DNA of 64,000 nt from an uncultured Verrucomicrobiota bacterium (GCA_964483355.1 CAZABK010000003.1:14584-78583), one strand, 5' to 3'. Shown: positions 28,287-39,027, counted from the stretch's first letter. Notes: a model not told the origin generated them from the sequence alone. A program made the numbers and translations.

Positions 28287-31200
28287 TTACGGAATCGTCA
28301 CCGTGACGGTTTCGGAAGCCGTTCCGACTCCGGCGAGGTTGGCTCCGGCAACACAGTAATAATACGTTTGCCCCGACACGACATCTAAATCCGTATACGA
28401 AGAAACGGCGACCTCTCCGGTCAACACTTCGAACGGTCCCGATGCGGACAACGCGCGCTTTACCTGATAGGTACAGGCATCCGCATCCGCAGTCCAGTCC
28501 AGCAGCACACTGCCGGAGCTGCCGTCTGCCGTCAGGCCTGACACCGCGTCAGGAACAGAACAATCGCCGTACCAGAACGGCCCGTGATCGGAAAAGCTCC
28601 AGAGAACGCCGTCCAGGCTGACTCCCAGCCCCCACACGCGCCCGTTTCCAAACACATCGTCGGTCATCAATGAAGTCCAGGTTTCGCCGGCATCCGAGCT
28701 TTTAAACACCCACGATCCGGTTCCGCTGATCAGACCCAGTTCCCCGGCATAAATCACATTGTCATCCTGAGGATCTATACAAACCTGCAGGAGATCGAGC
28801 CGGCCCAGGGAATCCGCAACAAACCCATCCGATTCGTCCTTGAAGTCCAGCGTGTCGTTCGGGATGTCATAGATATACAGTCCGCCGTCATGTCCGATGT
28901 ACAGTTTGTCGCCGGCGGCGTTCAGAACCACCGATCCGATAAAGCTTGAAGCAAAATATCCGTTGTACCCGAGGTCTTTAAGCACCGTGTAATTCAGGCC
29001 GTTCTCCGTCGAGCGATAAATCCGATCCCCGTCAAACAGATAGACGGTATCTTCGTCATCCGGGTCCACGGCAACAATCTGCTCGCAGTTGGTGGCCCCG
29101 ATGTCGGTCCAGGTTGTTCCGCCATCCAGGCTGAATACATCGCCGGCATAGATATAATCGGAATTCTGCTCGGGAATAATGACCGCAGCCTTCTGTTTTC
29201 CCTGTGTTCCATCGACAATCTCAAAGTTTAACCCGCCATCCGTACTCTTCTGGAGCACCCCGTCCAATCGCGGGGAATGATAGCCGATTCCCGCCCAGAC
29301 CGTGGACGTGCCGGAGTTACCGGAGTCATTCACAATCACAGCGCCCAGCGCATCGACCTTTCCATAGTTTACCGCCGACGCGCGCTCAAAGGACTGCCCG
29401 CCGTCAAAGGTCACCATGACTCCATAATCCACCGAATTAATCAGGAAATGATTCGGATCCATCTCATCGACAATCAGCCTGAGCCCGCGGAACCCGCCAT
29501 AGTTCTCATTGCTCCAGACCCAGTTTTCACAGGCATTCGTCGTCATAAACATGGAGCCGTAATTAAATGCCTTCATCCAGGTGTCCTGTTTGACCGGATG
29601 CGGTGCGAAGGCCAGCGGCGGCGTCAGGTTGTGGCTGTTCGAGGTGAAGGCAAAGCGGTCTTCTGCATCCCGGTTGTTCTTCAGCTCCCAGGTGTCGCCG
29701 CCATCGGTACTGAAATACGGACAACGCCCCTCCCACGACCAGGCAGCTCCGAGCATGACATGGTCCGGCTGAAGAGGATGAACCTTTATGTCATAGAAAT
29801 AGGCACCGGCATTGATATTCGAAAGAACTGGCAGGCCGGATGCCGACGTGATGTCGACCCAGCTATTGGTTCCGGTCTTCCGATAAACCTGCTGGTCATC
29901 CACGATGGCAAACACCCGGCCGGTTGTTGAAGAATCCGCACACAGCGCGGTGATATAGAGGTCTCCATCAAGACCGTCATTCAACGTGCTGAATGTCACC
30001 CCGCCGTCTTCACTTTTAAAAAGCCCCTGCTCCGTTCCTACATACAGCAGGCTGTTGTTTTCCGGATGAACCTGAACGGCCGTCACCATGGAATTGCTGA
30101 TAGTTGACGTTCCGACCTGAGCAAAAGAATCCCCGCCATCCATACTGGCAAACAGACCCTCTGATGAACCCACGAAGATCATTTCGCACAGTCCGGAACT
30201 GCTGCTGTATGAATCCGGCACAACCGCCACGAGGTTCATGGTCAGGTCCCTGGGCATTCCCTGCAAATTAAAATGTTGGGAAAACGCCCAGGTTTCGCCG
30301 TTGTCTTCACTGATATAAAGGCCCTTGGTCGAAATATCGATCGCCCCGTTTGCATCAGCCAGGGCATACAGCCGATCCTCGGCAACCGGGTCGACCGCCA
30401 GTCCGCGGATAAAATACCCTTCAATTCCATCCATCTTTGACGTCCAGGATGCACCGCCATCATCGCTGCGATAGACCCCGGCAGTATCGATTCCCATAAA
30501 CACGGTCCGGTAATTATTTTTCGGAGAAAAGACAATCACCCGCGGCACCTGTGACCCGTCACCGCCAATCTCTGCGCGATCCCGTTCCCCGGAGTTGCGC
30601 ACCATCATGTTATGCCAGGAAGACACCGGTTCCCCCAGACAGGCAATATTGTCCACAAAAAGCTGCCCGACTTTGGTCAGATAATCCGAATCAATCAGCG
30701 ACAGCCGAAAGGTCACACTGGCTCCGGCAACCAGAACGGTCTCGGGAAGAGACGTCAGGGAAACATCGTAATCCGCATATCCCGCAATGGTCGAGTTCGG
30801 CGAAAACGTCCCGGTTGCAAAGTTGTTCGTCAGATCCAGGTCACCGCCCACAACACTCAGGCTGTATCCGTCGCTGCCTCCGGAATACTGCCGCCAGGCA
30901 TCAAAGCAGAACCAGGTCAGCTCATAACTGTCTGAGGTGTTGTTCTCAACAGTTATATCAATGTGCGATGTGTTGTTTGTATTTTTGGTCCAAAAGGCCC
31001 CATCGTCTCCGGCAGTCCCGGTTGTTGCACCGGTGCCCAACGATCCGAATGTTCCATCCTGAGATCCATACCCAGGTGTCGTAAGCTTCCAGTCATCGCC
31101 GAGAGTCCCGTGATCGCTCCAGACCTGATTCCCCTCAAAACCATCCGCCTCAACCGTTGCATTTTTGTTGCTGTAGCTTGTAGTAAGTGCACATTTATCG

Positions 31201-31295
31201 AAGCCCACTAAAACTGTATCGGCCGGAGCCTCAACGCCGGACAGCATAAATAAAAGCCCTGCAAAAAAAGGGAACATGCCGCATTTCTCCTTCAT
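28287..31295 (-). CDS. Exported multidomain protein: unassigned ~190-aa domain + Asp-box (BNR) beta-propellers + C-terminal Fn3-like domain
   Basis: About nine Asp-boxes (YRSDDGGASW, ISEDNGETW, STDGGDTW, KSSDAGETW...); C-terminal L.W......Y.VKR...Y.D...YYY Fn3 pattern; signal peptide. Confidence 0.8.
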   Translation of the reverse strand: MKEKCGMFPFFAGLLFMLSGVEAPADTVLVGFDKCALTTSYSNKNATVEADGFEGNQVWSDHGTLGDDWKLTTPGYGSQDGTFGSLGTGATTGTAGDDGAFWTKNTNNTSHIDITVENNTSDSYELTWFCFDAWRQYSGGSDGYSLSVVGGDLDLTNNFATGTFSPNSTIAGYADYDVSLTSLPETVLVAGASVTFRLSLIDSDYLTKVGQLFVDNIACLGEPVSSWHNMMVRNSGERDRAEIGGDGSQVPRVIVFSPKNNYRTVFMGIDTAGVYRSDDGGASWTSKMDGIEGYFIRGLAVDPVAEDRLYALADANGAIDISTKGLYISEDNGETWAFSQHFNLQGMPRDLTMNLVAVVPDSYSSSSGLCEMIFVGSSEGLFASMDGGDSFAQVGTSTISNSMVTAVQVHPENNSLLYVGTEQGLFKSEDGGVTFSTLNDGLDGDLYITALCADSSTTGRVFAIVDDQQVYRKTGTNSWVDITSASGLPVLSNINAGAYFYDIKVHPLQPDHVMLGAAWSWEGRCPYFSTDGGDTWELKNNRDAEDRFAFTSNSHNLTPPLAFAPHPVKQDTWMKAFNYGSMFMTTNACENWVWSNENYGGFRGLRLIVDEMDPNHFLINSVDYGVMVTFDGGQSFERASAVNYGKVDALGAVIVNDSGNSGTSTVWAGIGYHSPRLDGVLQKSTDGGLNFEIVDGTQGKQKAAVIIPEQNSDYIYAGDVFSLDGGTTWTDIGATNCEQIVAVDPDDEDTVYLFDGDRIYRSTENGLNYTVLKDLGYNGYFASSFIGSVVLNAAGDKLYIGHDGGLYIYDIPNDTLDFKDESDGFVADSLGRLDLLQVCIDPQDDNVIYAGELGLISGTGSWVFKSSDAGETWTSLMTDDVFGNGRVWGLGVSLDGVLWSFSDHGPFWYGDCSVPDAVSGLTADGSSGSVLLDWTADADACTYQVKRALSASGPFEVLTGEVAVSSYTDLDVVSGQTYYYCVAGANLAGVGTASETVTVTIP

Positions 31296-31362
31296 GGTTT
31301 TGTATTAAGACCAGAATCTTATTCAACCGGGCACTCACTCCTCATGCCCGACTTCCTGCAAC

Positions 31363-33801
31363 TCACTTCACGGCAATCATCACCGATTCAGACACAGGGC
31401 CCTCTCCCGCCAGGTTGGCGGCGGCAACCGCGTAATATACGCGTTGATCTTTTACCGGGTGCGAATCAACAAACGAATGTCCATTGACGCCGCCCTGAAT
31501 AACATCGAAAGGACCGTCCGGAGAAAGAGCCCGTTTCACCTGATAGGTGTATGCGCCCTCCACAGGAGTCCAGCTGAGTCCCGGCAGCCCCTGTTCAACA
31601 TCGACCTTCAGCCCGGTAACCGTTGCGGGCACGTCCATCTGTCCGTACCAGAAGGGACTGTGATCCGTAAACGCCCAGAGAACGCCATGCAGATCCATAC
31701 CCAGGCCCCAAATGCGGCGGTTCCCGAACACATCATCCGTCATCATCGACGTCCAGCTTTGCCCGCGATCCGTGCTCTTAAACACCCAGCTGGCGGTGCC
31801 GCCGATCAGGCTGAATTCACCAGCATAAAGAACGTCGGGGTTGTTCCGATCGATCAGGATCGTTGTGATATCCAGCCGTCCGGAATGGTCCCGAATCAAC
31901 CCGTCTTTTTCCGTTTTGAACTCAAGCACACCGGAAACCATGTCGTATACAAAGATTCCCCCATCGTGCCCGATTATAAATGTTTTCCCATCGGGGGTCA
32001 GAACCGCCTCCCTGAATTCATGTTTAAACGGGCTGGTGCATTCCAGATCCTTCAGCAGTTCACAGGTTCGACCGTGATCGTGCGAAATAAACAGTTTGGC
32101 ACCATTGTAGAGATAGACGGTCCCCTTCTTATCCGGAGCGGCAGCGACAATCTGCGCCCCGTTCTGTGCCCGGACCTGTGTCTATCTCTGCCCGCCGTCA
32201 AGACTGAACACATCACCGGCATAAATGATATCGGCATCCAGCGGATGCATAAATACAGCCGCCTTCTGATTGGCTTCCGTTCCGGGAATTTTTTTGAAGT
32301 TCCGCCCTCCGTCCCGGCTGATCTGAAGCACACCGCACAGCCTTGGGTGATGCTTGCCGATCCCTTCAATGACTGTAGCTGTTTGCGGGCTGTCGGCACC
32401 CGGGAGGATAATTCCGTGCAAGGCATCTACCTTTCCGCACCGCTCTGCTTTGGCGCGTTCAAAGGATTGCCCGCCGTCAAACGTCACCAGCGGTCCCAAA
32501 TCGATCGTGTTAATCATAAAATGATTGGCATCATCCGGGTTGACCACCAGCTTCATCCCGCGCAGCCCGCCATAATTGTCGTTGCTCCATTCCCAGCTTT
32601 CTCCGGCATTTTCGGTGCGGAAAATTGAACCGAAGTTAAAGGCTTTCACCCAGGCATCCGGATCCGCCGGATGCGGCGCAAACGCCAGCGGCGGGAAAAT
32701 ATACCTGTCGGCCTCTTTATGACGGGATCCAGCATTAAACCGTTCTGCCGGCGTTTTATGATCCCGGCGCACCCAGGTTTTTCCGTAATCCTCACTGTAA
32801 TGCGGTGATCCGGCGGGATAGTTCCACTGAATGCCCAGCATCACCCGATTCCCCGCAGCCGGGTGGACCCGAACGGCATACATGCGCCCCCGTGCATTTT
32901 TGCCCAGAACCGGACTGTCTGAAGGAATCAGATTTTCCCAGGAGCCGCCGCCGTCCTGCACGTACAGCTCCTTCTTATTCACGATCACATAAACCCGCTC
33001 CGAGTCAGGGTCAACAGCCAGATCAATCACCTGTGCCGGCTGCGGCAGCCCGTCATTGCAAAGAACAAACGTTTTGCCCCGATCCGCACTGCGATAGACC
33101 CCCTTTTCGGTTCCCGCATAAACAACCCGGTTATCCGAAGGCAGAATCTCGACATCCATAATCACCTGGTTTCCAAGCACGCCCGATACCCGGGCAAACG
33201 AGGCGGCTCCATTTGTGCTGGCGAACAGGCCGGCGCCGCTTCCAACCAGCAGATCACTGCAGCGCTTCAGGTCCTTAGAATACGAGTCCGGAAAAATCTT
33301 AACCAGGTTCAGGTTTCCATCGCCGGGAAGCCCCTGAAGGTTCAGTTTTTGAACCATTTCCCACTGCTCGCCCTTATTAACCGACCGATAAAGTCCCTTC
33401 CCCTTGCTATCAAATTTGGGATGGGCATCCGCGATGGCATAAACACACTCAGGAGTGGCCGGGTCGATCGCAAGGCCTTTAATAAAATAGGCTTCAATGC
33501 CGGCCATCTTTGAGGTCCACGAACGCCCGCCGTCATCGCTGCGGTAAACACCGGCGGTATCCACGCCCATATACACCGTGTTGCCGTCCGGGGTATATTC
33601 CAATACCCGGGGCACCTGTGTCCCGTCACCACCCTGCAACTGCTGATCGCGCTCCCAGGCATCACGCACCATCATGTTATGCCACCGGGCCTCCTCCGCA
33701 GTTTCTTCAACAACCGGAAGCCTGCAACCCGCAGTTCCTCCGATAGCCAACAACATGACACCCGTAAGCCAAACCCTGCCCGCACCAACCTTGAACCCCA
33801 T
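31363..33801 (-). pseudogene. Asp-box beta-propeller + Fn3 lipoprotein paralog interrupted by one in-frame TAG
   Basis: ORFs 32182..33801 and 31363..31941 are in the same frame; manual translation is open across the gap except TAG at 32184-32182, where the paralog has Trp; TAGC lipobox. Confidence 0.8.
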
Positions 33802-33837
33802 AGCAAAACTCCTGTATCAGTTTTTATCCTGCACCAA

Positions 33838-35133
33838 CTACAGGGTTTGCCCCGCAGCCATCCCCATAATTGCGATATTATCAATATTTAAACGTCCTCT
33901 GGAGGAAGGATCTCGATCCGTCACCCTTAAACGAAATGTCACGCTCTCGCCCGCTGCCAATATCGTTTCCGGCAGTTCCGAAAGGTAAATATCAAAATCT
34001 TCATAGTTACTGGACGATGCAGATTTTCCCATTGACGTAATATCGCCGGTCGCAAAATTTTCCACAGTCTTCCAATCGCCGGCAACAACACTTAATGTAT
34101 AGCCATCGCTCCCCACAGCATATTCCCGGAACGCATCAAAGCAGAAGCAGGTCAACTCGTAGCTCGTCGCAGTTTTGTTATCGATCCGGATATCCATATA
34201 GCTGTCATCACCTTTGTTCGCAGTCCAAAACGCCCCGTCATTCCCGGCGCTTCCTGTCGTTGCACCGTCCGCTAAGCTTCCGAAACTGCCATCCGTCGAA
34301 CCGCCGGAATGTCTTGTGAAACCCCATTCATCACCCAGCTCGGTGTCATAGCTCAACGTCTGCAGGCCATCAAAACCAGGAGCTTTAATACGCGGCGACT
34401 TCGTTGGGTACGTTGACGTAATGACTATTTTATCAAACCCAAGCAGAACAGAACCCGACTTGGGAGTGTACTCAACGCCAAGAATGGCAATATTATCGAC
34501 AAACAATTGCCCGTCCGCTGCCGGAGCGCTATCCCGCATAAGAAGTCGGAATGTAGCTTCTTCACCGGCAGCCAGAACGTTATCGGGAAGGCCCGCCAAA
34601 GAAACATCATAATTCACATACCCCGCCACAGATGAGTTTTGCTTAAAAGTCCCTGTTGCAAAGTCGTCAACCAGCGCCAGATCCCCGGCCACAACACTCA
34701 CGCTGTATCCCTCACAGCCCTTAAGCCACTGCCGCCAGGCATCAAAACAGAAATGGGTCAGCTCATAACTGTCTGAACTGCCATTCTGAACAGTGATATC
34801 CATGTACGATGCATTCGTTGAATTTGCAGTCCAAAAACCACCATCATCTCCCGCAGATCCAGTTGTTGCTCCGGTGGCCAACGATCCGAACGTCCCATCT
34901 TGAGATCCCCAACCCGGGCCTGTCAGTTTCCAGTCATCACCCAGCGCTCCGTTATCGCTCCACTGCTGAACCCCGTCAAATCCAGCCAGCTCAACCATTG
35001 CCGTACGGTTGCTGTAGGTTTTGGTAATTGAACATTTATCAAACCCAACCAACACCTGATCCGCAACAGCTCCGGCCGCAAACAAACCCGCAACCACAGC
35101 ACCAATCCATCTTTTCATTTTTTCCGAACTCAT
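33838..35133 (-). CDS. Exported protein of two tandem copies of the unassigned ~190-aa domain
   Basis: Signal peptide, then VLVGFDK...DNIAILG and VLLGFDK...DNIAIMG; RBS GGAG upstream of ATG 35133. Confidence 0.75.
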   Translation of the reverse strand: MSSEKMKRWIGAVVAGLFAAGAVADQVLVGFDKCSITKTYSNRTAMVELAGFDGVQQWSDNGALGDDWKLTGPGWGSQDGTFGSLATGATTGSAGDDGGFWTANSTNASYMDITVQNGSSDSYELTHFCFDAWRQWLKGCEGYSVSVVAGDLALVDDFATGTFKQNSSVAGYVNYDVSLAGLPDNVLAAGEEATFRLLMRDSAPAADGQLFVDNIAILGVEYTPKSGSVLLGFDKIVITSTYPTKSPRIKAPGFDGLQTLSYDTELGDEWGFTRHSGGSTDGSFGSLADGATTGSAGNDGAFWTANKGDDSYMDIRIDNKTATSYELTCFCFDAFREYAVGSDGYTLSVVAGDWKTVENFATGDITSMGKSASSSNYEDFDIYLSELPETILAAGESVTFRLRVTDRDPSSRGRLNIDNIAIMGMAAGQTL

Positions 35134-35339
35134 TCCTACTCCTATATCCATATGCCCCGCACGGTCTCGCCGCGACACAACTCTTGATTCTTTTCCAGGC
35201 ACCGATCTGCCCATTTAAAGCCGGCGACGTCAGACATTCCGCCCGAACCGGTCAGCTCCCAAAGCCCGCAGTCTTCACCGCGGTCATAAGGCATTCTTCA
35301 CACCTTCTTTGGGAACTGCTTCAAATCCGTCCTATCCGC

Positions 35340-36902
35340 TCAGTACTGCAACCCGTAGAATTTTTGCGTATCGCCTGCTTCCACGTAAATGATCACATTC
35401 GTACCGTCCGACGATGAATAATTCAGGTTGGTTGTCAGGAAGGCATTCACTCCGTCGTCAGAATGAGCAACCGCAGACCAAGCGGACTCATCAAGGGACG
35501 TCTTGGAGAGCAGCGTAAAGTTCGTCAAACTCCCGACGACATCAATCGTCAGTTTGATCTGATTCCCTAAAACCGGCTCAAGGCTGACAAAAGCGGCTTC
35601 CGGATCGGGTTCGGGGGGGGCGGTTTGATCCGTCACCATTCCCAGAACGGCAATATTATCGATAAACAACTGTCCGCTCGAAGACGGCGCGCTATCCACC
35701 ATCTTAAGACGGAACACTGCTTCCTCTCCGGGAGTCAGAATATTATCGGCAAGATCCGTCAGAGAAACATCATAGTCGTAATATCCCCCAATCGACGAAT
35801 TTTGCGCAAAAGACCCTGTTGCAAAGTCGTCAACCAGAGCCAGATCCCCGGCCACAACACTCACGCTGTACCCCTCACAGCCTGCAGGCCACTGCCGCCA
35901 GGCATCAAAACAGAAACTGGTTAACTCATAGTTGGTCACCGTGTTATTCTGAATCGTAATATCCATGTACGAGGTATTATATTCATTGTCCGTCCAAAAG
36001 CCTCCATCGTCCCCGGCAGTCCCGGTTGTTGCTCCGGATCCCAGAGAGCCGAATGTCCCATCCTTGGAACCATAACTCTCGCCCGTAATATTCCACTCAT
36101 CGCCCAGCGTTCCGGTATCGCTCCAGACCTGATTTCCCTCAAATCCGGCGGCCTCAACATTTGCGTTTTTGTTGCTGTAGCTTGTCGTAACCGCCCCTTT
36201 ATCGAAACCAACCAAAACGTCTCCCGCCTCCGGAACATACTCAACGCCGAGAACTGCAATATTATCGATAAATAATTGTCCATTTTCAGCCGGCGCACTG
36301 TCCACCATCTGAAGCCGGAACACCGCTTCTTCACCGGACGCCAGAACCGTGTCGGAAAGGTTCGTTAAAGAAACATCATAATCGAAGTATCCACCAATCG
36401 ACGAATTTTGCGTAAACGTCCCGGTTGCAAAGTCATCAACCAACTCCAAATCTCCGGCCACAATACTCACGCTGTAACCCTCAGCGCCTTTAGCCCACTG
36501 CCGCCAGGCATCAAAACAGAAACTGGTCAGCTTATAAGTGCCGGCACCGGTATTCTGAATCGTAATATCCATGTATGAGGTATTATTTGCATTGTCTGTC
36601 CAAAAACCCCCATCATCTCCGGCAGAGTTGGTCGTTGCCCCGGTGCCCAGGGAACCGAACGTCCCGTCCTTGGAACCCCAACTCTCTCCCGTGATTCTCC
36701 AGTCATCACCCAGTGTTCCGTTATCGCTCCAGACCTGATTGCCTTCAAATCCGGCGGCCTCAACATTTGCGTTTTTGTTGCTGTAGCTGCCGGTGAGCGC
36801 CCCCTTATCGAAGCCCACCAGCACATCATCCGCCATCGCTCCCAGCGCAAACATCCCTGAGACCGCAGCCACTATCCACCCGCACTTCTTTCCTGTTCTC
36901 AT
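35340..36902 (-). CDS. Exported protein: two copies of the unassigned domain + PEPDPE linker + ~85-aa C-terminal domain
   Basis: Signal peptide MRTGKK...AMA; two VLVGFDK...DNIAVLG units. Confidence 0.78.
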   Translation of the reverse strand: MRTGKKCGWIVAAVSGMFALGAMADDVLVGFDKGALTGSYSNKNANVEAAGFEGNQVWSDNGTLGDDWRITGESWGSKDGTFGSLGTGATTNSAGDDGGFWTDNANNTSYMDITIQNTGAGTYKLTSFCFDAWRQWAKGAEGYSVSIVAGDLELVDDFATGTFTQNSSIGGYFDYDVSLTNLSDTVLASGEEAVFRLQMVDSAPAENGQLFIDNIAVLGVEYVPEAGDVLVGFDKGAVTTSYSNKNANVEAAGFEGNQVWSDTGTLGDEWNITGESYGSKDGTFGSLGSGATTGTAGDDGGFWTDNEYNTSYMDITIQNNTVTNYELTSFCFDAWRQWPAGCEGYSVSVVAGDLALVDDFATGSFAQNSSIGGYYDYDVSLTDLADNILTPGEEAVFRLKMVDSAPSSSGQLFIDNIAVLGMVTDQTAPPEPDPEAAFVSLEPVLGNQIKLTIDVVGSLTNFTLLSKTSLDESAWSAVAHSDDGVNAFLTTNLNYSSSDGTNVIIYVEAGDTQKFYGLQY

Positions 36903-36931
36903 GCCTGTTCTCCTTTGTCGATTAACACTCA

Positions 36932-36977
36932 GTTGTTACGTAACAACAATTACCGCTAAAAATTTATTTGTCAACGC
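36932..36977 (-). promoter_or_regulatory. Operator palindrome downstream of a TTGACA promoter
   Basis: Perfect 16-bp palindrome GTTGTTACGTAACAAC at 36932-36947; TTGACA on the minus strand upstream. Confidence 0.7.
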
Positions 36978-37206
36978 CTATTCCACCGAAAGCGTTCACC
37001 TGGAATTCACCACCCTGCACCCAAAGTCCGTTCGCCAGCAAAGCAACCGCCGTTTCAAAAATAAACAGAATCCACGGAACCCAACCGGACGAGGTATACG
37101 GCGCGCCCAGCCACCTCACCTTATCGTTGACGTACTTAACTTACACCTACCGGCCTGCTCTAAACACAACCAAGGCAACCGAAAGTTGTCTGCGCGCCGA
37201 CATCAC

Positions 37207-37950
37207 TTACTTACGCATCCAAATGGACCGGACAAAAAGAATTCCAAACATGGAAAACCCCAAAAACCCCAACGTAGCGGGCTCCGGTATTGCTTCTCCC
37301 AAAACCGCAATATTATCAAGAAACAACTGTCCGTTCGAAGATGTCACGGTATCTACCATCTGAAGCCGGAATACAACTTCTTCACCCGAAGCCAGAACGT
37401 TATCGGAAAGACCCGCCAGATAAACATCATAATCGGAATAGGCTGCAATCTTCGAATTTTGAGTAAAAGTCCCGGTTGCAAAACCGTCAACAAGATCCAA
37501 ATCACCGGCCACAATGCTCACACTGTACCCCTCACAGCCCCCTAGCCACTGTCGCCAGGCATCAAAGCAAAAATAGGTTAATTCATAACTCTCTGAACTG
37601 TTGTTTTGAATCGTAATATCCATGAACGATGTATTATTTGCATTTGCAGTCCAATAGCCTCCATCATCACCCGCAGTCCCGGTTGTTGCTCCGGTGGCCA
37701 GCGAGCCGAACGTTCCATCCTTGGAACCATAACTCTCACCCGTGATATTCCACTCATCCCCCAGCGTCCCGGTATCGCTCCATTGCTGAACACCCTCAAA
37801 TCCGGCGGCCTCAACCGTTGCATTTTTATTACTATACAGGTAGGTGAGCGCCCCCTTATCGAAGCCCACCAGCACATCTGCTACTGCTCCCAGCGTAAAC
37901 ATGCCGAAGACTGCAGCCATCATCCACCCGCATTTCTTTCCTGCTCTCAT
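37207..37950 (-). CDS. PEP-CTERM protein carrying one copy of the unassigned domain
   Basis: C-terminal IPEPATLGFLGFSMFGILFVRSIWMRK (PEP, TM, basic tail); signal peptide from ATG 37950. Confidence 0.88.
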   Translation of the reverse strand: MRAGKKCGWMMAAVFGMFTLGAVADVLVGFDKGALTYLYSNKNATVEAAGFEGVQQWSDTGTLGDEWNITGESYGSKDGTFGSLATGATTGTAGDDGGYWTANANNTSFMDITIQNNSSESYELTYFCFDAWRQWLGGCEGYSVSIVAGDLDLVDGFATGTFTQNSKIAAYSDYDVYLAGLSDNVLASGEEVVFRLQMVDTVTSSNGQLFLDNIAVLGEAIPEPATLGFLGFSMFGILFVRSIWMRK

Positions 37951-37983
37951 GTCTGTCCTCCTTATCAGGTTTCTACCCATAAC

Positions 37984-38030
37984 TTTGTTTCGTAACAAAA
38001 AAACCTATCATCAAAAAACGATTTGTCAAC
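37984..38030 (-). promoter_or_regulatory. Operator copy + promoter
   Basis: TTTGTTTCGTAACAAA at 37984-37999 with minus-strand TTGACA upstream. Confidence 0.6.
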
Positions 38031-38091
38031 TCCCAATCTGATCGAATTATTTTTCTTCAACAACCGGCACATCCCGCAACCCTGCACACAA

Positions 38092-39000
38092 TCAGTTGTC
38101 TGCAGGAAATGCCTTCTTCAGCACCCCCAATCCCTGCAGCCACTGTTTACATACATTCGGCCAGCCGGCTGTGCCGGGAACCTCCTGCGCCAGCCCCAAA
38201 CCGTGCCGCCCTTTTCGATAGATATGCAGCTCGGCCGGCACGTTCGCTTCGCGCAGGGCGAGATAAAAGGCGACGCTGTTTTCCGGAAGCACCCCCCCGT
38301 CTTCGTCCGTATGAAACAGGAACGCCGGCGGCGTCTCCTTGGTGACCTGTTTTTCGTTCGACAAGCTGAACAACAACTCCTCAGAAGGATTGTCGCCAAG
38401 CAGGTTGCGCGGAGACCCCTTCTTTCTCGTATAGGGTTCACTAAATGAAATCACCGGATAGCAGAGAATCATGAAATCGGGCCTGCAGCCGAACCGCTCG
38501 ATGGGATCTTTCGCATCGGGGCTGCCTGCATCAAAGTGGGTTCCGACCGTCGACGCCAAATGCCCGCCTGCCGAGAACCCCATAATCCCGATACGGTTCG
38601 GGTCCAGTTTCAACTCCCTGGCCCGGGCTCTCACGGTTCGTATGGCTCGCTGAGCATCCTGAAGCGGGGCGGGATGCAAACACCCGCCCCGGCTCGTTCG
38701 ATACTCAAGGATGATGCCGGTCACTCCCATGGAGTTCAGCCACTCGGCAATCTCATGCCCTTCGTGTCCCATCGCCAGACCTCTGTAACCGCCACCGGGA
38801 CAAATCACGACAGCCGTGCCGTTCATGACATCCGGGTCCGGAAAGCAAATCGTTATTGCCGGCCTGTCCTGGACGGGATCATTTTCTCCTGCCCCCGGCG
38901 CACCGTCCGGCCAAAGAAGTTCCCGTGCCGACTCCCCGGCAAATGATGCACATCCGCACAGGAGCGCGCACAGCATTCCGGTTGCAATGTCAGCTTTCAT
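38092..39000 (-). CDS. Alpha/beta-hydrolase (BD-FAE/acetyl-xylan-esterase-like)
   Basis: CPGGGY, LEYR, GFSAGGH, HTDED and GRHGLG motifs. Confidence 0.88.
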   Translation of the reverse strand: MKADIATGMLCALLCGCASFAGESARELLWPDGAPGAGENDPVQDRPAITICFPDPDVMNGTAVVICPGGGYRGLAMGHEGHEIAEWLNSMGVTGIILEYRTSRGGCLHPAPLQDAQRAIRTVRARARELKLDPNRIGIMGFSAGGHLASTVGTHFDAGSPDAKDPIERFGCRPDFMILCYPVISFSEPYTRKKGSPRNLLGDNPSEELLFSLSNEKQVTKETPPAFLFHTDEDGGVLPENSVAFYLALREANVPAELHIYRKGRHGLGLAQEVPGTAGWPNVCKQWLQGLGVLKKAFPADN

Positions 39001-39013
39001 GACTCGCCCCTTT

Positions 39014-39027
39014 TAGTTCCGTAACTA
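39014..39027. promoter_or_regulatory. Operator copy
   Basis: TAGTTCCGTAACTA just upstream of the 39000 start. Confidence 0.5.

Noticed and set aside
32052-32426. 124-aa ORF bridging the split propeller gene, suggesting a frameshift
   Set aside because: The two real parts are in the same frame, separated by a single TAG; this ORF is an off-frame artefact.
37713-37728. GTTCCA-tcct-TGGAAC and TTCCA-aaca-TGGAA (37242) as members of the palindrome family
   Set aside because: Spacer is 4 nt rather than 5, and the first is explained by the conserved GSKDGT codons; not counted.
28287-37950. Possible diversity-generating retroelement or CRISPR-like array from near-identical repeats
   Set aside because: The repeats are whole protein domains, differences are not adenine-specific, and no reverse transcriptase, cas gene or repeat-spacer periodicity is present.
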